From NCBI GenBank assembly GCA_038200165.1, contig JBBPYF010000046.1, positions 11,871-75,870 on the forward strand: a stretch of DNA of 64,000 nucleotides, read 5' to 3'. The notes below the pieces were generated by a model. The model had not been told where the DNA came from. It ran no database searches and saw only the letters and a program-made list of their open reading frames with translations. Origin of the DNA: Chthoniobacterales bacterium. Lineage in GTDB: Bacteria > Verrucomicrobiota > Verrucomicrobiia > Chthoniobacterales > UBA10450. Every line of letters begins with the position of its first letter. The first letter of the stretch is position 1. This document shows positions 54,729-62,550 of the stretch, piece by piece. The position numbers and the translations under genes were made by a program.

Positions 54729-55856
54729 TCAACCGATTTTCTTCCGGAAGCGCAGGGCGCAGATGTAAAAGAGCGCGATCGACATTGCCACAAGAATGGC
54801 GAGGTTGTGCCAGTATTCCATGAAGTGCGCGCCCCGCAGAATGATGGCGCGACTGAGCGCAATGAAGTAAGTGGTGGGTATGATGGAGCCGAGCGCGTAG
54901 AAAATCCAGGGCATGGTTTCACGCGGAAAGATAAAGCCAGAGAAGAAGACGCTTGGCAGAATGAAGGTCATGGACATCTGCAGCGCCTGCATTTGATTCT
55001 GTGCTTTTGTCGCCACCAGAAGGCCGAGACTGAGCAGAGCAAAGACATAGACAAAGGTCGAAACGATCAAGGCAGCAAGATTGCCCGCGATCGGAACGGC
55101 GAAGACGAAGCGCATGATGGCATAAAGTAACAGAGCCATGGTCATGCCGATGCAGAGGTAGGGAACGAGCTTCCCGAGCATCAGCCCCCATCTACTTAAG
55201 GGACTTACCAGTAGTTGCTCGAGTGTTCCGCGCTCGCGCTCCCGAACAACAGCCATGGCCGTGGCAAAAGTAGTTCCAATTTGCAGAACTACTCCGATGA
55301 CGCCGGGCACAAAGAAGTTCGGGCTGCGCATGGTCGGGTTGTAGAGCATCTGTGGCCGCAGTTCGATCGGTGGCGCCACTCGACCAGCTTCGCCCATGAG
55401 CTTTTGCACCGACTGAGTTAAAGCTACGGCGAGAGCCGTGTTCATGGCCTGGAGCGCGGTAGTTGAGTTAGAACCATCGATGAGTAGCTGGATTTGTGTG
55501 GGGTAGCCGGCGCGCAGGTCGCGCGTGAATTGCGGCGGAATCTGCATCCCTACGTAAGCGCGGCCTTTGCGAATTTCGCTGGCCATGGCTTCGGGACTAC
55601 TCACTTCGCCGATAACACGGAATGTCTCAGTGTTGACGAAGCGGTCGATGAGTTGGCGGCTCTCCACGGTGCGATCCTGATTAAGAATGACCATGCCCAT
55701 ATGCTTGACGTCGTTATCGAGCGCATAGCCGAAGGCGATCATCTCGACCAAGGGCGGGAAGAACATGAAGAAGAGCGTCATGGGATCGCGCCAGACGCTG
55801 ATGAATTCCTTGAAGAGAATGGCGCCGAGACCGCGGAAGGGCTGATGTTTGTTCAT
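54729..55856 (-). CDS. ABC-2 type transporter permease (YbhS/YbhR-like)
   Basis: Large N-terminal periplasmic loop followed by 5 TM helices. 4-nt overlap with the ATPase gene. Confidence 0.85.
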   Translation of the reverse strand: MNKHQPFRGLGAILFKEFISVWRDPMTLFFMFFPPLVEMIAFGYALDNDVKHMGMVILNQDRTVESRQLIDRFVNTETFRVIGEVSSPEAMASEIRKGRAYVGMQIPPQFTRDLRAGYPTQIQLLIDGSNSTTALQAMNTALAVALTQSVQKLMGEAGRVAPPIELRPQMLYNPTMRSPNFFVPGVIGVVLQIGTTFATAMAVVRERERGTLEQLLVSPLSRWGLMLGKLVPYLCIGMTMALLLYAIMRFVFAVPIAGNLAALIVSTFVYVFALLSLGLLVATKAQNQMQALQMSMTFILPSVFFSGFIFPRETMPWIFYALGSIIPTTYFIALSRAIILRGAHFMEYWHNLAILVAMSIALFYICALRFRKKIG

Positions 55857-56815
55857 GCGGCTTTGAGATTGTTCTCGGCGGCGTGTTTCGCGGTGAGGGT
55901 GACGAAGACATCCTCGAGCGATGGTCCGATCTCGTGAATCTCGGAGTGCGCGATGCCTACTTCGCGCAATTTCGATTCGATCACATCACGCGAGATTTTG
56001 TCATCGACGAGCAGGTGCATGGATTGGCCGAAGACGGTGGCGCTTTGCACGCCGGGCATCTCGCGCACCGCGTTCAAGGCAGTGGTGACATGGTCGCAGT
56101 TCACATCCAGCCGCCGCGTTCCCGGCGGAGTGACTTCCGGTAACTGCTTCAAACCATCTGGTTCGCCCGAAACAATCAGGCGCGACATGTAGATGTAGCC
56201 AACATGGGAGCAGCGCTCGGCTTCATCCATGTAATGCGTGGTGACGAACAGCGTCATGCCTTGACCGGCGAAGCCGAAGAGCAAATCCCATAATTCCCGG
56301 CGCGCGACGGGATCGATGCCGGCCGTCGGCTCGTCGAGAAAAAGGACGGTGGGTTTGTGCATGAGCGCGCATGCCATGGCGAGGCGCTGACGCCAGCCGC
56401 CGGAAAGCAATCCGGCGCGGCGACTGACATACGGCTCAAGATGCGTGGTGGCAATGAGCTCGTCGCGTCGCTGCGCCAGCGCGCGCCCGCTCAGGCCGTA
56501 GAGTTTGCCGGAGAAGGTGAGGTTCTCATTCACCGTCAGCTCGTCGTAAAGCGAGAACTTCTGCGACATGTAGCCGATCATCTCTTTCACGGCATCGCCT
56601 TCACGAATGACATCGCGCCCGCCGATGCGCGCTGTGCCTTCGGTGGGCTCGAGGATTCCACAGAGCATGCGGATGACGGTGGATTTACCGGAGCCGTTCG
56701 GGCCGAGGAAGCCGAAGATGGAACCTTTGTCTACGCTGAAGGAGACATGGTCAACGGCGGTAAATGTGCCGAAGCGCTTGGTGAGCGCGTCGCACTCGAT
56801 CATGACGTCAGTCAT
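55853..56815 (-). CDS. ABC transporter ATP-binding protein (YbhF-like)
   Basis: Walker A GPNGSGKST, signature LSGGWRQRL and Walker B LFLDEPT. Confidence 0.93.
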   Translation of the reverse strand: MTDVMIECDALTKRFGTFTAVDHVSFSVDKGSIFGFLGPNGSGKSTVIRMLCGILEPTEGTARIGGRDVIREGDAVKEMIGYMSQKFSLYDELTVNENLTFSGKLYGLSGRALAQRRDELIATTHLEPYVSRRAGLLSGGWRQRLAMACALMHKPTVLFLDEPTAGIDPVARRELWDLLFGFAGQGMTLFVTTHYMDEAERCSHVGYIYMSRLIVSGEPDGLKQLPEVTPPGTRRLDVNCDHVTTALNAVREMPGVQSATVFGQSMHLLVDDKISRDVIESKLREVGIAHSEIHEIGPSLEDVFVTLTAKHAAENNLKAA

Positions 56816-56912
56816 CTTGAACGAAGTGGAGCGGAGTCGAATGATCCCGCGATGTTATGGTCAGGTAGCGCCACGGGATCCCTCGACTTCGCTGCGCTTC
56901 GCTCGGGATGAC
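56811..56912. repeat. Family-A palindromic element inside the exporter operon
   Basis: gtcatcttgaacgaagtggagcggagtcgaatgatccc ... gggatccctcgacttcgctgcgcttcgctcgggatgac. The CAT of the first GTCAT is the ATPase start codon. The element ends 9 nt before the HlyD stop. Confidence 0.85.
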
Positions 56913-56920
56913 GGGCTTTG

Positions 56921-57787
56921 TCATTTCGGCACGTTGTCGAAATAAACGTCCGCCGACATGCCGGCGCGGAGTTTGTCCTCGGAATTGTCGAGCGCGACTT
57001 TGACGCCGAAGACTTGTTTGATGCGGTCTTCCACGGTCTGGACGTTGCGCGGGGTGAACTCGGCCTGACGATTAATCTGCTCCACCATTCCGCGAAAATC
57101 CTTTCCCGGAAAAGAATCTACGCGGACGCGGACGGCGTCGTTGAGCTTGATGTAGCCGAGCCATTTCTCGGGAACGTAAACGCGCACCCAGAGATGTTGC
57201 GGCAGAATGAGCGTGGCCACTTCGCGATTGGCCGGAAGCACGTCGCCCACTTTCACGCTGAGCACTTCGAGGACGGAATCGCCCGGCGCGAGCACGCGCA
57301 TTTCGTGCAATTGCGTTTCGATCTGCGCGAGCTGGGCTCTGGCTTGCGCCACGCGCATGTGCGCGGCCTCCACATTTTTTTCCTGCGCATTCGCCGCGCT
57401 CGCTGCTTTCTCCGCTTCGTTCGGCGAGACGGTTTTGTTTCTAAACAGCTCCTGCTGCCGTTTGGCATCGGCGCGCAGGAACTCCAGCTGCGCCATCTGG
57501 GCTTCGGCGTCACGTTGCGCGGCGTTGACCTGCGCGGCGGCGAGATCGCGCTGCGCGGGTAATTCGGCGGCATCGAGCTCGACGATGGGATCGCCAGCTT
57601 TCAGCGTCTGTCCTTCGCGGGCGAAAATCTTTTGCACGCGCCCGGCGGCGCGCGGAGCGACGTGCGCTTCGTCTACTTCGATGGTGCCGGAGACGGCGTT
57701 GCTGGGATGATCGCAGCCGGCAAGCAAGAGCAGCAATGTCAGAGTTGCAGCTGTGGGCAGCAGCTTTGCGGTGAAGAACCCGCTCAT
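56921..57787 (-). CDS. HlyD-family membrane-fusion/adaptor protein (YbhG-like)
   Basis: Lipobox-like N-terminus LLLLAGC, coiled-coil AQ-rich hairpin and a beta-barrel C-terminus. Confidence 0.85.
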   Translation of the reverse strand: MSGFFTAKLLPTAATLTLLLLLAGCDHPSNAVSGTIEVDEAHVAPRAAGRVQKIFAREGQTLKAGDPIVELDAAELPAQRDLAAAQVNAAQRDAEAQMAQLEFLRADAKRQQELFRNKTVSPNEAEKAASAANAQEKNVEAAHMRVAQARAQLAQIETQLHEMRVLAPGDSVLEVLSVKVGDVLPANREVATLILPQHLWVRVYVPEKWLGYIKLNDAVRVRVDSFPGKDFRGMVEQINRQAEFTPRNVQTVEDRIKQVFGVKVALDNSEDKLRAGMSADVYFDNVPK

Positions 57788-58467
57788 TTTCTTCTAGCTT
57801 TCGTCGTAAGCGCGCCTTCGAGAACGATCTTCAGAATGCCTGCAAACCCTTCCCGCGGTGCGAGGCCGAGCTCCTCCATTTTGAGTGGATTCATGATTGA
57901 TTGAACCATCGCCAGTAACATCTCGATGATCAGTTTGGCCGGAACATCTTTGCGCACCATTCCTGCCCGTTGCCCTTCAACGAAAAGCTTCCCGAAGTAG
58001 CGCTCAATCAACGCAGCCCGGCGCCGCTCGACCACCTTGAATACCTGCGGCGCTTTTTGACGCATATCGCGCACGAACGGCGGCTTGATCTCATCGAGTT
58101 CACGTTGCGCTCCGGTTAGCAGCTCGTGCAAAGTCGCCGGAAAATCGCGCCGGTGCACCCGCGCCACCTGCTTCAACGTCGCCTCCACCGCTGCAAATTT
58201 GTCGGCCAGCACTGCCTGAAGCAGATCGATTTTGCCCGGAAAACAGGCGTAGAGCGTTTTCTTGCTGATCCCCAGTTCGCCCGCCAAATCATCCATGGTT
58301 ACGCTGCGGAATCCGTGGCTGAAGAAGTGCACCCGGGCCGCGGCGACAATCCGTTGCGCAACGGGATCGTTCTTTCTGGTTCGCCGCCGCGTCTCATTTG
58401 GGTGACGCATCAATGCCACTTCAGCAGCGCGACGAGGCGTGAAGCGTCCCTTGTCTCCCTCAGTCAC
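57784..58467 (-). CDS. TetR/AcrR-family transcriptional regulator (CecR/YbiH-like position)
   Basis: HTH FFSHGFRSVTMDDLAGELGISKKTLY. 4-nt overlaps with both neighbours. Confidence 0.85.
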   Translation of the reverse strand: MTEGDKGRFTPRRAAEVALMRHPNETRRRTRKNDPVAQRIVAAARVHFFSHGFRSVTMDDLAGELGISKKTLYACFPGKIDLLQAVLADKFAAVEATLKQVARVHRRDFPATLHELLTGAQRELDEIKPPFVRDMRQKAPQVFKVVERRRAALIERYFGKLFVEGQRAGMVRKDVPAKLIIEMLLAMVQSIMNPLKMEELGLAPREGFAGILKIVLEGALTTKARRK

Positions 58468-59069
58468 GCTGCGCTCCTCTTCTGCTGGATGTCACAAAGC
58501 ATGTCCGAATGAATGTTCAGACCGATGTTCGTCATGTTGTAGAGATGTTCGCTGCCAACGAGCCAGACGATCTCGCAGATCTCGCGCTCGGAATGATAGC
58601 GAGCCAGGCGCGCGAAAGTGTCCGGGTGGACTTCTTTGTTTTTCGTCAGCTCAGTCACGTAATCGAGCGCGGCGCGTTCCGAGTCGCTGAACAACGAGCT
58701 GCTTCGATATTGATCCAGCGCGTCGAATTTCGCTTCATTGGCCGAGGCCTTGATCACGAACCAGCGACCGATATCCAGGCAGAAACTGCAGGTGTTGATC
58801 TGCGCCACGCGTTACCGAATGAGTAAAACCAACTCCTGAGGCAGCGTCAGTTTTTTATCGAGGCGCCCGACTTTGGCATAGAAGAGGCCGAAAGCGGTCG
58901 GCAGGCGTGCGCTGTGCACGGTCACCGGGGCGAGCACTTTGCCGAATTGCCGCCGGGTAAAGTAATAGGCCAGCTTTTTGATTAGACCATGCGGGCACTC
59001 GATTGGAGCGAGGAAGGGATCACCAGCTGTGTTCACGCAAAACACTAAACCAGTGTATTCAGTTTCCAA
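58464..59069 (-). pseudogene. Carboxymuconolactone decarboxylase/AhpD-like protein split by an in-frame TAA
   Basis: ORFs 58812-59069 and 58464-58808 share a frame: ..LPQELVLLIR-TAA-R-VAQINTCSFCLDIG.. The stop (58812-58814) falls just before the family's CxxC motif region. Confidence 0.7.
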
Positions 59070-59219
59070 CTACAATAAAATATTTTCCAAGCCCTTGTCG
59101 CGCCCTCCTTCCACACCGCTCCCCGTCGAGAGACGCTCGAGAAACGCGCAGCATCGATTCCGGAATCCCGAAAAATGCCAAATCGATTCCGGCGCGGAAA
59201 TGCGCTACAATGACCGGCA

Positions 59220-59402
59220 ATGCGAACACTGTTGATTTCTTCCACCGCAATCGCGCTCGTGTTGAGCGGTTGCGCGACACAGGATCCAAATGCGCCGTCT
59301 GCCCCGGCGACAGTGACACCGAGCGATGCCTCGCTCAGACCTGGAAGCGGCCCAGGCGCGCAACCGAGCAGTGGCATGCCGCCGAATACCGGACCGCAAT
59401 AG
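59220..59402 (+). CDS. Small hypothetical lipoprotein
   Basis: MRTLLISSTAIALVLSGC lipobox followed by a Pro/Ser-rich tail. Confidence 0.5.
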   Translation: MRTLLISSTAIALVLSGCATQDPNAPSAPATVTPSDASLRPGSGPGAQPSSGMPPNTGPQ

Positions 59403-59406
59403 CGCA

Positions 59407-59811
59407 GTGAAAACGCGTTTGTTTGATCACATCGATCTGCGGGTGCGGGATCGCGCGCGAGCGCAGAAATTTTACTCGAAGATTTTGCCTGCACTGGGCT
59501 TCACGCGGGATGAAAGCGGCGAAAAGTGGGGAGCGTTCGAAGCGCCCGGCGACGGCGCGGCGGTGGAGTTTTTCGGATTCACCGAAGAAGCGAACCATTC
59601 GCCGAATGAGACGCGCATCGCTTTCTGGGCCGACACGCGCGAAGAAGTGGATCGCATCGCCGAGATTGTGCGCGGGGCCGGCGGTCGCAACCTCGAAGGC
59701 CCGCAAATCTGGACGGAGTATACACCGGGGTATTACGCGCTGTTTTTCGAAGACCCGGACGGAAATAAACTGGAAGTCTGCTCTCGCGGACGCGCCATCG
59801 TGGCGGAGTAA
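59407..59811 (+). CDS. VOC (glyoxalase/bleomycin-resistance) family protein
   Basis: GTG 59407 gives VKTRLFDHIDLRVRDRARAQKFY.., and ..YYALFFEDPDGNKLEV at the C-terminus. Confidence 0.75.
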   Translation: MKTRLFDHIDLRVRDRARAQKFYSKILPALGFTRDESGEKWGAFEAPGDGAAVEFFGFTEEANHSPNETRIAFWADTREEVDRIAEIVRGAGGRNLEGPQIWTEYTPGYYALFFEDPDGNKLEVCSRGRAIVAE

Positions 59812-59835
59812 TCGCGATCAGCCAAGCTACAGGTC

Positions 59836-60372
59836 ATGCACGCGCCCGGAGCCGAGCCGCGAATACTGCGCGAGCAAACGCGCGTCCGTTATCTCAAGCT
59901 GATCGCGCTTTTCAAAATCGGCAAAGGCGTTCTGCTGCTCTGCTTTGGGCTGTCAGTCTTGTTGTTGAACAGCAGGCCGGCGTGGATCGATGCTGTTTCG
60001 GATTGGATCGATGATGAAGCGCTCGTGGTACACGGCAAGGCCGCGCATTTCGTGCTGGTGCGTCTCCAGGAAGTGCTGGCAGGCGGCGCGCTGCATGCGG
60101 CTGCGGTCATCGCGCTGTTTTATTCGGCGGTGCTGTTCACGGAAGGGATCGGCGTTTACCTGCAGAAACGCTGGGCTGAATTTCTCATGATCATCGCGAC
60201 GGCGGCGTTGATTCCGCTGGAAGTGCGGCATCTTTATCATCGCCCGAGCATCGGCGCAGTGGTGGTGTTGCTGGTGAACTGCTTCATTGTCTGGTTCCTC
60301 TACCGCGTATTGCGGCGCGAGCCAGCGCATGCCGCCGAACCAGCTCCGGCGGTGGTTTTGGAAACGCAATAG
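59836..60372 (+). CDS. DUF2127-family membrane protein
   Basis: YLKLIALFKIGKGVLLLCFGLSVL and four TM helices, as I recall for DUF2127. Confidence 0.6.
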   Translation: MHAPGAEPRILREQTRVRYLKLIALFKIGKGVLLLCFGLSVLLLNSRPAWIDAVSDWIDDEALVVHGKAAHFVLVRLQEVLAGGALHAAAVIALFYSAVLFTEGIGVYLQKRWAEFLMIIATAALIPLEVRHLYHRPSIGAVVVLLVNCFIVWFLYRVLRREPAHAAEPAPAVVLETQ

Positions 60373-60947
60373 CTGCGTGGGACCAGACCAAACTCTTTCA
60401 GCGCCGCTATTGTTTTCTCCATGGGCAAGCCGATGACGTTCGTGAGCGAACCTTCTATCGAAGCGATAATTTGGTCGCCAGGTGCTTGCGCGGCGTAGGC
60501 GCCGGCTTTGTCGAGCGGGTTAATCTTGCGAATGTAATGGTTGATCGCGCTGTCACTCAGAGTGCGAAATTTGACGCGGGAAATCTCACTGAACGAGGCG
60601 AACTGGCCGCCCCCCGCCCTGATGTAGACAGCCGTGGACACCTCATGCGTGCGCCCGCTGAGCCGACGCAAAATTGCGCGCGCATGATCGAGATTCTCCG
60701 GCTTTCCCATGACCTCGCCCTCGAGCGCGACAAGTGTATCCGCCGCGAGCACCACAGCTTTCGGCCGCCGTCGCGCAAGGGCGAGAGCTTTGCGCGTGGC
60801 GTTCGCAATGGTCAGCTCTCGCAGAGAAAATTCCGACCTGGCTAACTCCGTCACATCCGCGGTCACGACTTCAAATTTGTAGCCGGCGCGCGCGAGCAGC
60901 TCGCGGCGACGCGGCGAAGCCGAGGCGAGGATGAGCGGCGTAGTCAC
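60300..60947 (-). CDS. maf: Maf-like nucleoside triphosphate pyrophosphatase
   Basis: LILASASPRRRELL, ADTLV and AGAYAAQ motifs. The last ~25 aa overlap the convergent DUF2127 gene. Confidence 0.9.
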   Translation of the reverse strand: MTTPLILASASPRRRELLARAGYKFEVVTADVTELARSEFSLRELTIANATRKALALARRRPKAVVLAADTLVALEGEVMGKPENLDHARAILRRLSGRTHEVSTAVYIRAGGGQFASFSEISRVKFRTLSDSAINHYIRKINPLDKAGAYAAQAPGDQIIASIEGSLTNVIGLPMEKTIAALKEFGLVPRSYCVSKTTAGAGSAACAGSRRNTR

Positions 60948-60959
60948 GCCCGCGAGCCG

Positions 60960-61727
60960 CTATGGTGTTGGCTGCGGGATCGGCGTGATCGCGGGCTGGT
61001 TGGGCCCTTTGGGCGTGCCGGAGTCGGTCGGCCGTGAATTTTTGCCGCCGAAAATCTCCGGCATCTTCATGTCGGTGTAGCCAGGCGGCACGACGAACAC
61101 CCCGTCAGGAATGGGATCGCGTTTAATCGAGACCAGCGTCATAACGATGTGCCGGCCATGCCCGTCCATTTCGATTTTGAGCGGGACGCCGGGAAGATCG
61201 CGGAAATCGGGCATATTGGTGGTGGTGCTGGCGAGCGCGGCGGGCTGCGTAGCCTGCATTTCCTTGAGAATGGCGGCCGCATCGGGGTAATTGGTCGCAA
61301 TGTAATAAGTGGCTTTACCGACAGCGGTGTCGACGGTGTAAAGCTGCGCCGGCATTCCATTCACCTGCTCCGTGCGGCCGAGCGGCGTGAGCTTTGAACG
61401 CTCAGCGGCGGGTGTGGCGCTGCCGGCAAATTTGCTCACCATGTCAGCGGCTGCTTTCATTTTCTCGCCGGACATCCGCAGCGCTTTCTTCTCGTTGTGC
61501 ATGAGGGTAACGGTATCGCCGGTTTTGTTGTCGGTGATCATCGAGACCTGCGGCGCCGGGTCGACTCGCACCTTGTCGCCTTTGATGCGAATTGTCATCT
61601 CACCGGGCGTGCTGCCCATCTCGACTTTCTGCACGATGGTAAGATCGGCGCGGGTGAGATTGGTGCCGGCGAGGAAAAGAAACAGCGCGATGCTTGCACT
61701 CGCGAAAACGTTCGGAGCTGGTTTCAT
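60960..61727 (-). CDS. Hypothetical secreted protein (DUF4412-like)
   Basis: Signal peptide, then DLTIVQKVE..MTIRIKGDKVRVD.. and a Pro-rich tail. The family call is from memory only. Confidence 0.55.
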   Translation of the reverse strand: MKPAPNVFASASIALFLFLAGTNLTRADLTIVQKVEMGSTPGEMTIRIKGDKVRVDPAPQVSMITDNKTGDTVTLMHNEKKALRMSGEKMKAAADMVSKFAGSATPAAERSKLTPLGRTEQVNGMPAQLYTVDTAVGKATYYIATNYPDAAAILKEMQATQPAALASTTTNMPDFRDLPGVPLKIEMDGHGRHIVMTLVSIKRDPIPDGVFVVPPGYTDMKMPEIFGGKNSRPTDSGTPKGPNQPAITPIPQPTP

Positions 61728-61815
61728 GGAAGAGAGCTAGTGGCGCGCCTGAGCGTTGGCAAGCTTGGAAAAAGCACTTGGCAGGGGCGCGGCGTGACGG
61801 CACTTTGGGAGCGAC

Positions 61816-61886
61816 GCGGGCATAGCTTAATGGTAAAGTTCCAGCCTTCCAAGCTGGCCATGCGGGTTCGATTCCCGTTGCCCGCT
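61816..61886 (+). tRNA. tRNA-Gly (anticodon UCC)
   Basis: Hand-folded: GCGGGCA-UA-GCUU AAUGGUA AAGU-U-CCAGC CUUCCAA GCUGG-CCAU-GCGGG UUCGAUU CCCGU-UGCCCGC-U. Confidence 0.9.
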
Positions 61887-61949
61887 GTTGGAAAAGACGA
61901 TATAAAGGACAGTTGCGGCAAGAGCAGCAGTTCGCAAACAAGCAATATC

Positions 61950-62453
61950 ATGAAAAAAAATCCCTCCCTTCACGGTCTGAGGTTCTCCCACGGCGTCGCA
62001 GTTCTTCTGTGGGCGGCAGGCTCGGCCCTTTCCATTTGGACTGCCACTGCTGCTCCTTCCCCCAAGCCCACCGCGTCAGTGCCTACACCTACGCCGGGAC
62101 GCGGGCACCAGGAATGTGTGGTGTGTCATAATCCTCAACACCATCCCATCACGCTCACCATCGATTGCAACGCTCTTCAGGCGCACTTAGCCCATGGCGA
62201 CTACGAGGGCCCCTGCCGGAATACACCGACACCAACACCAAAGCCAACTTCGACGCCTAAGCACACGCCCACTCCAAAGCCAACTCCCAGTCCAAAACCC
62301 ACTCCGCCGGGACACGACAAGTGCGAGGTTTGCCATAACCCGCACAATTATCACACCATAAGAATCCCGTGTGATCAGGTCGACAAATTCCTTGAGCACC
62401 ATCCCGGCGATTATCGTGGGCCTTGTCACGTAACGGAAGTGACTAACCCGTAG
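61950..62453 (+). CDS. Secreted protein with two Cys4/His-rich modules, each containing CXXCH
   Basis: ATG 61950 gives a signal peptide, then GHQECVVCHNPQHHPITLTIDCNALQAHLAHGDYEGPC, a PT linker and GHDKCEVCHNPHNYHTIRIPCDQVDKFLEHHPGDYRGPC. The tracked ORF start (61497) runs through tRNA-Gly and is not credible. Confidence 0.65.
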   Translation: MKKNPSLHGLRFSHGVAVLLWAAGSALSIWTATAAPSPKPTASVPTPTPGRGHQECVVCHNPQHHPITLTIDCNALQAHLAHGDYEGPCRNTPTPTPKPTSTPKHTPTPKPTPSPKPTPPGHDKCEVCHNPHNYHTIRIPCDQVDKFLEHHPGDYRGPCHVTEVTNP

Positions 62454-62471
62454 ATAAAATCAGCTTCGCCG

Positions 62472-62512
62472 AAAGCCGTTGCGATTCGTTTCGCAACGGC
62501 TTTTCCTTTTTC
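62472..62512 (+). terminator. Rho-independent terminator
   Basis: aaagccgttgcga-ttcgtt-tcgcaacggcttt followed by tcctttttcc. Confidence 0.75.
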
Positions 62513-62550
62513 CATTCGCGTCGACGGTTTGCAACTGGCAGCGTTCGTAA

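Noticed and set aside
5021-56912. Whether the repeated palindromes could be a CRISPR array or arrays.
   Set aside because: The copies are kilobases apart and in both orientations. They have no regularly spaced unique spacers, and no cas genes are present.
58812-58814. The in-frame stop in the CMD-like gene as a recoding site (selenocysteine or pyrrolysine).
   Set aside because: The codon is TAA, not TGA or TAG. TAA is used as a normal stop elsewhere in the window, for example by the small basic protein gene.
60300-60372. The 73-nt convergent overlap of maf and the DUF2127 gene as a regulatory antisense arrangement.
   Set aside because: The overlap involves only the non-conserved tails of both ORFs. 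It is most simply explained by late stop codons at high G+C.
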